Positions 1-9,479 of a stretch of 64,000 bases of DNA are shown here, piece after piece. Source of the stretch: Savitreella phatthalungensis. Its lineage: Eukaryota. The notes beneath the pieces were generated by a model, which made no database searches, had not been told where the DNA came from, and was given only the letters and a program-made list of their open reading frames with translations. The stretch covers positions 1 to 64,000 of the forward strand of contig AP039697.1 of NCBI GenBank assembly GCA_051599415.1, given 5' to 3'. A program made the position numbers and the translations under genes. How positions within the stretch are numbered: position 1 is the first letter of the stretch; the number at the start of each line of letters is the position of its first letter.

Positions 1-91
1 GTATGCATGCATTTGACAGGTTAAGCATCATCAACTACTTGGTCAGTTTGCGTATTGCTAAGGTTAAGACTACTTTCTGCCTTTGCAGCCT

Positions 92-214
92 TAACCTAAC
101 CCTAACCCTAACCCTAACCCTAACCCTAACCCTAACCCTAACCCTAACCCTAACCCTAACCCTAACCCTAACCCTAACCCTAACCCTAACCCCTAACCCT
201 AACCCTAACCCTAA
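92..214. repeat. Telomeric repeat array (CCCTAA)n, ~20 copies, C-strand on + (left chromosome end)
   Basis: Tandem CCCTAA read directly, with one CCCCTAA variant near 190; reverse complement of canonical TTAGGG. Confidence 0.95.
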
Positions 215-415
215 CCCTGACCCTGACCCTGACCCTGACCCTGACCCTGACCCTGACCCTGACCCTGACCCTGACCCTGACCCTGACCCTGACCCTGACC
301 CTGACCCTGACCCTGACCCTGACCCTGACCCTGACCCTGACCCTGACCCTGACCCTGACCCTGACCCTGACCCTGACCCTCACCTTCACCCTGACCCTGA
401 CCCTGATCCTGACCC
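215..415. repeat. Telomere-variant repeat block (CCCTGA)n, ~27 perfect copies then degenerate
   Basis: Uninterrupted CCCTGA 215-380, then CACCTTCACC/CCCTGA/TCCTGA variants to ~415. Confidence 0.93.
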
Positions 416-1720
416 ACAACAACTAACCGCCGTCAAACTAACCCATGCCCCAACCCTTGCTCTGCTTTGCTCGCTCGCTTGCCTGCTAACTTTGTTTCTT
501 TGCTCACCCCTGCTGCCTTGCTACACCAAACTTGTCTGCACGCATACACCCCTGCTGGTCTTCAACATCTTCAGCATCTTGCTGTCCCTTCACTGCCCCT
601 CTCTCTGCCATACTCCTGCTCTCAATCCCTCATCTGTCTGACACTCTCCTTCCTGTTTACCTGAAACATCCCATGCCATTTGCTCCCCACATTCCTACTC
701 TTAAAATCCCTGCCATCTGTTTCATTTGCAACTGCACCGTCACCTGCCAAATGCCAAATGCTGTCATCTGCATGTCACCTGTCACATGCTGTTACCTGCA
801 TGTCGCCTGCCAACTGCTGTTACCTGAACTGCCACTCCCCCAATGCTGTTATCCGCCCTGCCGCCTCGCAAATGCCATTACCCGCCAAATGCCATCAACT
901 GTCAAAATCACTCATCAATCCCAACATCTCCACTGCCATCTCTCAATTGCCATTACACACCTTGTCCCCCTTATATGTTGTCACCTGCCCTGTCTCTGTC
1001 AAATTTCATTACCTGCCTGGTCTCCTTCGAATCCTGTTATCTGCACCATTGTCTGCCATGTGCTGTTGCCTGCACCATCATCTGTCACCTGGTGTTATCT
1101 GCACTGTCACTTGTGTCATCATCTCTCAAATACCTTTACCTGCGCTACTACTTGCCTCATTGCCCTGCTCTGCGGTCTGCCATTTGTCAAACCCTGGATC
1201 TGCCAATTGCTTTTCACTTTTGATCTCCTGTTTTCTGTTTCTGTCACTCACTGTTGCCCGGACTGGACCCTGTTCCATCACTGCACTGCCACTTGTCAAA
1301 TGCTGCCATTTGTTCAAACTGCACTGTCACTTGATATTTCATTACTGTACTGTCACTTGTCATTTGAACACCTGGCCTCTGCCACTGACTCTGTCTCTGC
1401 TTGTCATCAACACCGCTTGCTTGGCCCTGAACCTACCCTGTTGCATGCATTCTCTTTCCTCTGACAGCAATTGGCACCGGCGCCTGTTGTGCAACATCAA
1501 TTGACTCCAATCAATTGATTTCAATTTCACATGCCATCCACTGTTTCCTCCATTGTTGCATGTCAAATGCATTGCCTGCGCTGCGCTGAGCCCCTTCTTT
1601 CACAACTCACTCTGACTCACTCTCATTTGCTCCTATTGCCTGGCTTGTGCATTGTCACATGTACTACACCCTGTCATGCTTTGTACGCCTATATGTGCCG
1701 TCAGTCACTTTTTCAAGGGC
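416..1720. other. Subtelomeric low-complexity, CpG-depleted, C/T-skewed region with degenerate short repeats
   Basis: Recurrent TGCCA/TGTCA/CTGTCAC/TGCTGTTACCTG words, few CG dinucleotides, G-poor + strand. Confidence 0.7.
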
Positions 1721-2180
1721 GCAAGTTGGTCGAGGATACGCAGATTCGGGACAGACATCCATTTCCCGATATGTGCCGCCGTGACTGCTAGTACAGCTCT
1801 TGTGCACATGCTATCTGGCTTGCACCTGTTGCTGTACACGTGTCGTCCATCAATGACTGATTGACTTCGATTGTTCCACATGGCAGACATCGATCGCTCG
1901 GGATGTAGTCATCCGGCCGTTAATGGTCCGTGCAGCATGCAACAGTTGGCATCTGTCTATGGCATGTGTTACATATCAGCCTCGAATGCCATGGAAAGGG
2001 ATCTTTTCGCCAATTGCTCAGTAAGTTGATATCAGCTCAGCGCAGAGTTGCTACAGATGATTGCGCAGGCGACATATAGCCACCACCGCCAATAAATAGG
2101 AGTCGTCATTTGCCTCAGATAGAAGAGATGTACGGCACAGGCGTCGGTATATGAACAACAAACGTGATCGTGACTGCGCG

Positions 2181-3878
2181 ATGATGATTTCTTCACTACT
2201 GGTGCGCGCAGCCACTGCAATTTTGACCTATGATTCCTCGTCCTTCCTCCTCGATGGTAAGCCTTTCAAGATCTTGGGCGGCCAGATCGATCCACAGCGA
2301 GTACCCATGCCATATTGGGCGGCCCGATTGGATGCTGCTAAGGCAATGGGTTTGAACACGATCTTCAGCTATGTCTTCTGGAACGAGATCGAGATAGTTC
2401 AGGGTGAGTATCAGTTCGGGAATCTCTCAAACTGGGCGTCGCTAGTGACCGACAAGGGTCTTCAGTGGGTCCTGCGCCCAGGCCCTTATGTTTGTGGCGA
2501 GCGAGACTGGGGCGGATTGCCGTTCTGGCTGTATAATGCGAAGGTACGCTCGAGCGATCGATCCTTCCTAGAACCTGCTATCAAGTATCTAGAAGCGCTG
2601 GGGGCGCATCTCGGCAATACCAGGCCGGCAATGGTGCAGATCGAAAACGAGTATGGAGCCTTTGGCTCGGACAAGGTATATCTACAATCCCTGGTCACCG
2701 CTTTGAAGCGCCTCTTTCCGCAGTCGGTGTTGTACACAAACGATGCTGGCGATCTCCGACAGCTAGCGAGTGGGAGGATAGAGGGGGCACTGCAGGAGAT
2801 TGACGGCGATCCCCACATCGGATGGCCTTTATTGACCACGGGCCCGAAAATCACTGGGGAGTGGTACGTCCGTTGGTTTGACTACTGGGGTGGGGAACAT
2901 CAAATGGTCCGTGACGTGGATGCAAAGGCACGCGAACTGACGTGGATGATCAATAACGGCAACGGCTTCAGCCTGTACATGTTTCACGGCGGCACTAACT
3001 TAGGATTCAGCAATGGTGCAATTGACCTGCAAGGTCCTTTACAGCCTTTCACCACGAGTTACGACTACGGCGCACCCCTGGACGAGTCTGGCAGAACGAC
3101 CGTCCTGTACGAGGCATTGCGCAAAGCTCTGGGCGGCCCAGGACTGACGGTTCCTCCACTTCGCACGTATCCGTCAATTGAACTCGATCGGGTCGGTGGC
3201 CTGGCATACAAGGTCTTACACTCGGCCGATGATCCGCTGACATTCGAAGAGCTGGGAACGGGATTCGGTTTCGTGATGTACGAGCACACGGCATCAAGTG
3301 ATCTGTCCGGATCGCTCCTGCTCAAGCCGCGCGACAGAGTCATTGTTTATGTCAACGGCGTCGAGAAAGGTGTTTTCGATGCGACGCTCAAAGACCAGCC
3401 TGCTCTTCAAGTCAGCCTGCAGGTGAACGACAGCCTTTCGCTGCTCGTCGAGAACCTCGGCCGAGTAGACTATGGCGGAGGGATCAATAGTCCACGAAAA
3501 GGCCTTGTGGGCGACGTCACGATCGGCGGCCACAAAGTCGTGGGGTGGCGCATGTCTCTGCCAGACCTGTCGACGCCATCGACAAACGAAGACGTCGGTG
3601 GACCAGCCTTTTACCGGGGTTTATTACGATTGGACGACAGTCCGAAGGGTATGACAGAGGATACATTTTTGGGCGTTGGTGGTACTAAGGGCGTCGTGTT
3701 TGTGAATGGTATTAACCTCGGTCGGTATTGGTCGATCGGTCCACAGCAGGACTTTTATTTGCCAGCGTGCTACCTGAATAAGAACGAGAACGATATACTA
3801 GTCCTTGAGCTGCATCCTTCCCAAGCCGTCAGAACGCTGACGTTCTCGAGCACGAGAACTTGGAAAGGTCGAGCCTAG
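2181..3878 (+). CDS. Secreted GH35 beta-galactosidase, intronless
   Basis: Signal-like N-terminus; GLNTIFSYVFWN, LRPGPYVCGE, VQIENEYG, LYMFHGGTN, TSYDYGAPLDE, NLGRYWSIGPQ motifs. Confidence 0.93.
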   Translation: MMISSLLVRAATAILTYDSSSFLLDGKPFKILGGQIDPQRVPMPYWAARLDAAKAMGLNTIFSYVFWNEIEIVQGEYQFGNLSNWASLVTDKGLQWVLRPGPYVCGERDWGGLPFWLYNAKVRSSDRSFLEPAIKYLEALGAHLGNTRPAMVQIENEYGAFGSDKVYLQSLVTALKRLFPQSVLYTNDAGDLRQLASGRIEGALQEIDGDPHIGWPLLTTGPKITGEWYVRWFDYWGGEHQMVRDVDAKARELTWMINNGNGFSLYMFHGGTNLGFSNGAIDLQGPLQPFTTSYDYGAPLDESGRTTVLYEALRKALGGPGLTVPPLRTYPSIELDRVGGLAYKVLHSADDPLTFEELGTGFGFVMYEHTASSDLSGSLLLKPRDRVIVYVNGVEKGVFDATLKDQPALQVSLQVNDSLSLLVENLGRVDYGGGINSPRKGLVGDVTIGGHKVVGWRMSLPDLSTPSTNEDVGGPAFYRGLLRLDDSPKGMTEDTFLGVGGTKGVVFVNGINLGRYWSIGPQQDFYLPACYLNKNENDILVLELHPSQAVRTLTFSSTRTWKGRA

Positions 3879-3988
3879 ATATTGTGGGATCTGTCTGCAT
3901 CTGCGTCGGAGCTGGACTATCTATTCTTCTCTTGCGCGGACACGATTCATACCAGTCCTTCTGCCTTTCGGAATATGCTCAAAGAAGG

Positions 3989-5359
3989 CTATTCGAACCA
4001 TCCGCTGGTGTTCAGGTTGAGCTCTTTGGTAATTGGCTCTAGATCGACTCGTAGTGCGCTGGCGAGGAAGCCGCCAATCTCAATGTTTTCGTGGTTACCG
4101 CGCATGTGGTCGGTATTGCCAAATATGAGCACATCCGCTGCCGTGTGGCCGTGTGTAGTATATCCTATGCGAGCCCGCTCGGAGACGAGCTTCGATAAGG
4201 CGTATGCGCGGTTTGAGCTGGAAAGAACCTGATCCGCCTGTCCCTGTGTCACATCGAATCCGAGCCCTTCTTCGATGTCGCGACGGTCTCGAATACGAGG
4301 AGCAAGCCATTCCGTCGAGTGCTTTGTATCAACGAGTGCTTGAGGAAACCACTCATACGGCGGGTAGAGCGGTGTAAGCTGGAGGCCGGTAGCGACGCCA
4401 CCGGTTTCGTGGTCTGATGTCGCAATCAGGATTCCCCGTCCATCGAGCCAGCGATGCACCGCTCGAAATGCTCTGTTATATGCAAGGACATCACGAGCGT
4501 GAGCTGCCGGATCGTTGGCATGTGACGCCATATCGATTCGAGAGCCCTCAACCATCAGGAAAAAGCCGTGTGGTGACTGCCGCTCTAGCATGTCAAGCGC
4601 CTTGATTGCCATCTGCTCAAGGGACGGCTGGTCCGTGCGATCGATCTCATAGTCGAGGTTCCAGGGAGCAAAGAGACCAAGAGCTGGCAATGAGGAAATT
4701 TCAAGGTCTTTTCCAACGACCTCGAATCCGTTATTGCGGGCTTCTGTAAACAAGTCACGTTCGTCTGTCCTGCACGACTGCGGATTTGACTGGGGCAGGT
4801 AATGACAGTAACCACCGCCTAGCATCAGGTCGACCGTCCTTCCGAGTGGGATATCTCCGATCTGCTGTTGGGCGATGACATTCTCGCTCGACCGGTTTCT
4901 CACATGTGACGAGAAAGATGCGGGGGTTGCATCCGTGATGTCTGACGTGACGACCAGGCCTGTCGCAAGACCAGCACGCTTGGCAGCCTCAAGGACCGTA
5001 CCGCATGGTCTTCCGTGTTTGTCTACGCCAATTGCATTATTGTAGCTGTGCAGAGCACAGGAAAACGCTGTTGCGCCCGCGGCGGAGTCCGTTATTAGCG
5101 AATCGGATGATCGCGTGCGGCTTGTTCCAATCATGTGTAAATCCAAGAAGAGCTGCTGCGAATCTGGTTCGAGATCTCCGGTGATAGCAGCAACAGATCT
5201 GGCAAGCGACAGGCTGCTGGGTCCCATGCCGTCGGAGACCATCATGACCACACGCAATTTAGGACGCGGCTGGGTATGAAATGCGCCCAGCAGGCCTGAC
5301 CCCAGAAGACACAGGGCTACTCCGGCCATGATCACGTACGGCAGCCTGCGCCATGCCAT
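3989..5359 (-). CDS. PHO8: Pho8-type membrane-anchored alkaline phosphatase
   Basis: N-terminal TM; MVSDGMG, TDSAAGATA, TDATPA, VEGSRID, SDHETGG, GHT motifs; start set at first plausible ATG (MAWRRLP). Confidence 0.9.
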   Translation of the reverse strand: MAWRRLPYVIMAGVALCLLGSGLLGAFHTQPRPKLRVVMMVSDGMGPSSLSLARSVAAITGDLEPDSQQLFLDLHMIGTSRTRSSDSLITDSAAGATAFSCALHSYNNAIGVDKHGRPCGTVLEAAKRAGLATGLVVTSDITDATPASFSSHVRNRSSENVIAQQQIGDIPLGRTVDLMLGGGYCHYLPQSNPQSCRTDERDLFTEARNNGFEVVGKDLEISSLPALGLFAPWNLDYEIDRTDQPSLEQMAIKALDMLERQSPHGFFLMVEGSRIDMASHANDPAAHARDVLAYNRAFRAVHRWLDGRGILIATSDHETGGVATGLQLTPLYPPYEWFPQALVDTKHSTEWLAPRIRDRRDIEEGLGFDVTQGQADQVLSSSNRAYALSKLVSERARIGYTTHGHTAADVLIFGNTDHMRGNHENIEIGGFLASALRVDLEPITKELNLNTSGWFE

Positions 5360-5575
5360 CGAGATCTGAAATACGGTATACTGATTGGAATCCTCTTCTG
5401 CGTAGTATGACGATATGTCTGATTGAGCGCAGATGATCAGGACATTCACCGGATCGTCGTTGCACGGTTGACGACATAGGGACATTTTTTGTGGAGCCGT
5501 CACTAATACAAGACCTGGAGACTTCAAACCTCGGTCGCTAGCGACTTCTTGAGGTCCGCGGAGGTGGGCTGGGTT

Positions 5576-6991
5576 ATGCTCTTCGAGGCGCCCTATGATT
5601 CAGATTCTGAGGACGAGCGGTGGCCCGTACATGAAGATGGCAACGGAGGGTTCAGTTTCCATCAGCCACCACTTAGCTCAGTGGCAGATTGCCTGAGGTA
5701 CGACAGGGAAACACAAGCTGCAGTTCAGCGAGGCGTAGATCAACAGATCCGTCGCCTGCAGCTGGGAAGCAGATCAGCTGATGGCAGAAGATTCTTGCTT
5801 GAGGGAATCCTGGACGAGGTACTGACTAGTGCTCCTCCCGAACAGGAAGTTTACTTTGCCGACGAGACGCGACTGCTTGTTGCGGCCATAGAATCGTCAA
5901 TTGAAGCCACTGTTGCAAAACGGTTCGCAGAGGTCAAGCGGCAGGAATCCGAAACGGCCGAGAGACTAAGAAGAGAGGCTGACCAGCGTCTTCAAGAGCA
6001 AGCGCAACAAGATGAGCTACAGCGTAAAGAGCAACAGGAGGTCGCGGCCAGAGAGGCAGCAGACAAGGAGCGCAGAACCCAGCAAGAAGCGCTGGACAAG
6101 GCACGAAAGGCAGAGCAGGAGAGAAGCGAGCGAATGCAGCAGATTGCTCCGCGAGACGAGTCAAGGCGACTAAGGGCAGTCTTGGTCGAATTCGAGACCT
6201 CGACGCTGGCCCCTGTGTCCGAAAATCGAGAGTGGAAAAATGCCTGTGCCCGTGCTAGGCTCAAGATCAATCCAAAGCTAGGACAGCTCACGCAGACGAT
6301 CGGCCAGGTTGAACGGGTATTTCTGGATCTATGCGCGGTGATAGATCCGTTGCCGGAGATATGTCGGCGATGGTGCTTGAATTTCTTTTGCAAAGCCCTG
6401 GTAAAGCAAGCCGAGAACGAGGTGATGGTCAATCCTGCCGCGTGCTATCCGTTGGCTGTGGTGGCCATTGCGATGACATGCAAGTACGAAGGACTGGTGG
6501 ATCTTCTCTGCGCGCGCTTCTCGAAGAAGTGTCCGTGGACGATTGGCGACGTGACGGAGCATGACATGGGCACTGAGAGCGGTCGGAAACTACTAGGATG
6601 GCGTCGAAAGCCGGATGGCAAGTACGAGGACGCTACGTCTTATCTCGAACGTCAGACCGGCATATTCAGACTATATGCTGCTATACTTTCCTTCGACTTC
6701 CCGCAGAGTCCCTGGACTCCGCAATGTTCCTGGCGTTGGGTCGCACATCATCTCAACCTGAAAGTATCTGACGCGGATCTGCGCAATGTCAACTTCGCCA
6801 TCGCGGCTACCTTTCTAGATATTGCGGGCCGGTCCGCTGTCGCCGCCTTCGGAAGCGCAGCCGAGAAACTACTCGTGGCGCTTGGCAGATGGGTCGCCAA
6901 CGAAACGGGTCCAAACGCAAATCGTTTACGCATCCTTCTAGAGGAGTGTCAGCTGGGCAAGATCGGTTTAGACTTCAGCTTCGAGCGGTAG
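5576..6991 (+). CDS. GLE1: mRNA export factor/nucleoporin Gle1
   Basis: Charged coiled coil followed by GLE1-like domain (INPKLGQLT, KALVKQAENEV, YPLA, ARFSKKCP, YLERQTG). Confidence 0.85.
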   Translation: MLFEAPYDSDSEDERWPVHEDGNGGFSFHQPPLSSVADCLRYDRETQAAVQRGVDQQIRRLQLGSRSADGRRFLLEGILDEVLTSAPPEQEVYFADETRLLVAAIESSIEATVAKRFAEVKRQESETAERLRREADQRLQEQAQQDELQRKEQQEVAAREAADKERRTQQEALDKARKAEQERSERMQQIAPRDESRRLRAVLVEFETSTLAPVSENREWKNACARARLKINPKLGQLTQTIGQVERVFLDLCAVIDPLPEICRRWCLNFFCKALVKQAENEVMVNPAACYPLAVVAIAMTCKYEGLVDLLCARFSKKCPWTIGDVTEHDMGTESGRKLLGWRRKPDGKYEDATSYLERQTGIFRLYAAILSFDFPQSPWTPQCSWRWVAHHLNLKVSDADLRNVNFAIAATFLDIAGRSAVAAFGSAAEKLLVALGRWVANETGPNANRLRILLEECQLGKIGLDFSFER

Positions 6992-7620
6992 CCAAGAAGC
7001 GCTTTAGTTTTGATGACGTCGCGGACTGTCAGTGAAATACGCGTGCCCCTGGCAAGCGAGCCCTGGTGAATTTGCGATCTCGTCTTCTCTGACAGCATGT
7101 TCCAATTGTCAATGGTATCTCGCGAGAGATGCTTGTCAGTATCGCATGGCTCAATCCTGTGAACAAAATCACGGTATGCATCTCCTTGCGTGACAAGCAA
7201 ACTGCCCGGCTCCTGCAACAGCCGCATAGCCACTCTGCCGTCGGTCAGCACTTCGTAAACGCAGTGGCTCGCGAGGCTGATGGTTGCAACGCAAGGAGAG
7301 TAGACCGGACCATCGTTGTGCGCATCGATACCCTGACCGGCAAGATATTCATTGATTAGAACATGATTCGGTGCCGCATGAGCTGTAGCCTGAAACCAGC
7401 CTTCTCGCCTGAGTCGCTCGCAGAGTCCTTGAAGCCAATCAGGAAGGGCCTGCTCGATCAGGGTGTCCCCACGGACAAGCGCGGAGGGCCAGACTTGGAG
7501 TCGTCGCGCAGCTAGGTCCACCCAGCGAGCGGGCTGCTGCGCGTACACTCTATCGAGCAATGCTCTTTCGTCTTCCGAATTCAGCCAGTTACAGACATAA
7601 TTGACATTAGACAGCATCAT
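6949..7620 (-). CDS. AlkB-family 2OG-Fe(II) dioxygenase, ALKBH6-like
   Basis: PNHVLINEYLAGQGIDAHNDGP (HxD), TISL, distal H (HRI), RISLTVR. Confidence 0.88.
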   Translation of the reverse strand: MMLSNVNYVCNWLNSEDERALLDRVYAQQPARWVDLAARRLQVWPSALVRGDTLIEQALPDWLQGLCERLRREGWFQATAHAAPNHVLINEYLAGQGIDAHNDGPVYSPCVATISLASHCVYEVLTDGRVAMRLLQEPGSLLVTQGDAYRDFVHRIEPCDTDKHLSRDTIDNWNMLSEKTRSQIHQGSLARGTRISLTVRDVIKTKALLGYRSKLKSKPILPS

Positions 7621-9320
7621 CGCGATTTCTCGTATTCGTCCTCGAGACCCGTGCCAACGAATGCTCTATGTACGAACACATGCCAGAGCGAATCGTCTCG
7701 CTTGGTTTTGTGTTTCTTCTTCTTCTTGTTTTTATTCTTGCGCTTGTGTTTCTTCTTTTGCACTTCAGCGTCTGGGGACGATGATGAAAGTCCGCTTAGC
7801 CGATTACCCAATTTGATCCACTCTGACAGAGTCAAATCCTTCATCTTGTAGGGAGCCTCATTTGAGCGATATTCGACCTCGAAGTCTATAAACGTGTCGT
7901 TTCCTGCCTTGTGCGCATCATTGGCCGCGGTGGTATTGAGATAATATTGAGTGTAGCTGAGCGGACTGTAGCGCTGCTTGAGAAGGCCGGGACCGAGGGA
8001 GTCGACAGGTAGCGGCTGAGGACCTTTGGGCTTCTTGTGCTTGTTCTTCTTCTTCTCGTGCTTCACGGCGCCTAACTCGTGAGTGATACCAAGGCCCTGG
8101 TCGTCTGGACTCGCAAAATCTGCGGCGAAGGAGTCTTTCGTCTCGTAGTGGTAGACGCGCATTGTTGGAAAGTAGTTCGGTACGACACTCGGATGTACAT
8201 TGATGACCGCCAGGTGGCCGAGCTGGCGGTCTATTTGTCGTGGGCTTGAGCCTGTCAGCTCCAGATCCTCTATCTGAGGAAGACTATCATAATTCGCTCG
8301 GAGGCCATCCAGCACATCCAGAGGATTTCCGCCGAGCGCCTTGACAGGCTGTTCCTGCAGACCTGGCTCACCCTGACCTAGTTGTGTGAAGCCAAAGTAA
8401 TCGACGTTGACATGACCAAAGAGCTGGCCAATCACTAAATCTCGATAGTTGACAATCAGCTCAGCATATCGCGCATAGCAAGTGTCGTACCACTGCCGCT
8501 CGCTTGGCGGTACGTGGCCGATCACGTAAACTTTGGTCTTCGCTGCACGAAACAACTTGAACTGAATCTCAAGCCATTCGAGCTGGAGCGATCCTGGTTC
8601 GTCTCGCGAAGAGCAGTCATCTACCGCCTTGTTCTTCTCGTAGAAATACAGTGTATTCAAGGAGACCACAGACAACTGTGGTCCTACCTTGACGTGGAAA
8701 TAGGCGCCACGATCGAATGTATGACCCTGCTCAGGCGGGACATAGCTTTTCCAGAGATTCTTGTAGGTCGCGATAGTCTTGCTGCCAGGCCCTGCGAACA
8801 TCACATTATGCGGAAAGACGTCGTTGTTGCCCACGGTAGGAACAACGGGAATGAAGTCGTCAGCATACTTGTCTTTGCCGAAGACATGATGCATGTTCTT
8901 GATCATCATCTCGTTGAGACCATAAATCTGCTTTGGCGTGCGTGGATACCGATTATCATTGTCATGGCGCGCACTGTCGCCCGTCCATACGACAAAATCG
9001 ATTCCCTCGGGTAAGAGCCTTCGAGAGACGAACGCAAAGGTCGCGTTGACGAGGGAAAGAGGCGTATCGCAGTCAGTGCCTGGCGGTGGACCATAATGGC
9101 CCGCTCTGACCTTCTCTTTGCCCTTTTTGTCAGTCCAAAGCCGCTCGCTGTCCGGCTCATCGTGGCAGAAATCCTCAACATCCGCTCCTTCCGAATAGAA
9201 TGCGTCAGGGTGAAAATCCGTCAGATGAAGGAACCTTCCGTGTAAACTCTTCTGGGCGCTGAAAGGTCGCTGCTGTCCATAAGCACCAAGGAGCAGGCCC
9301 AGCGCCAGCAGAAGGCGCAT
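7617..9320 (-). CDS. PPN1: Endopolyphosphatase Ppn1 (metallophosphoesterase)
   Basis: LHGRFLHLTDFHPD, WTGDSARHDND, GNND, GHVPP, GH, SVVPNYFPTMRV, YTQYY, DLTL motifs. Confidence 0.92.
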   Translation of the reverse strand: MRLLLALGLLLGAYGQQRPFSAQKSLHGRFLHLTDFHPDAFYSEGADVEDFCHDEPDSERLWTDKKGKEKVRAGHYGPPPGTDCDTPLSLVNATFAFVSRRLLPEGIDFVVWTGDSARHDNDNRYPRTPKQIYGLNEMMIKNMHHVFGKDKYADDFIPVVPTVGNNDVFPHNVMFAGPGSKTIATYKNLWKSYVPPEQGHTFDRGAYFHVKVGPQLSVVSLNTLYFYEKNKAVDDCSSRDEPGSLQLEWLEIQFKLFRAAKTKVYVIGHVPPSERQWYDTCYARYAELIVNYRDLVIGQLFGHVNVDYFGFTQLGQGEPGLQEQPVKALGGNPLDVLDGLRANYDSLPQIEDLELTGSSPRQIDRQLGHLAVINVHPSVVPNYFPTMRVYHYETKDSFAADFASPDDQGLGITHELGAVKHEKKKNKHKKPKGPQPLPVDSLGPGLLKQRYSPLSYTQYYLNTTAANDAHKAGNDTFIDFEVEYRSNEAPYKMKDLTLSEWIKLGNRLSGLSSSSPDAEVQKKKHKRKNKNKKKKKHKTKRDDSLWHVFVHRAFVGTGLEDEYEKSR

Positions 9321-9479
9321 GATGTCCTTGCGTGCTACCTCGAGACATGCTGATCATGATTTAATTCGCTCTCGATCTATTTTCAGTGTCGATCGCTGCA
9401 TTCGATCTATCGTTGCGTGCTCCACGAGACGCGATTAAATCGACAGCTGGCCCGACGACAAGACGCCTTGGGAATCGTG

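Noticed and set aside
3..641. ORFs with LT/NP/DP, RV and GQ dipeptide repeats
   Set aside because: Translations of the telomeric hexamer arrays, not genes
532..1504. Long Cys/His/Leu-rich ORFs in three frames
   Set aside because: A by-product of the TG/CA-rich, stop-poor subtelomeric composition; no domain pattern and non-ATG starts
2181..3878. Bacterial horizontal origin of the intronless telomere-proximal GH35
   Set aside because: Most genes here are intronless, and the GGQxDPQR form resembles fungal GH35s as I recall them; needs a phylogeny
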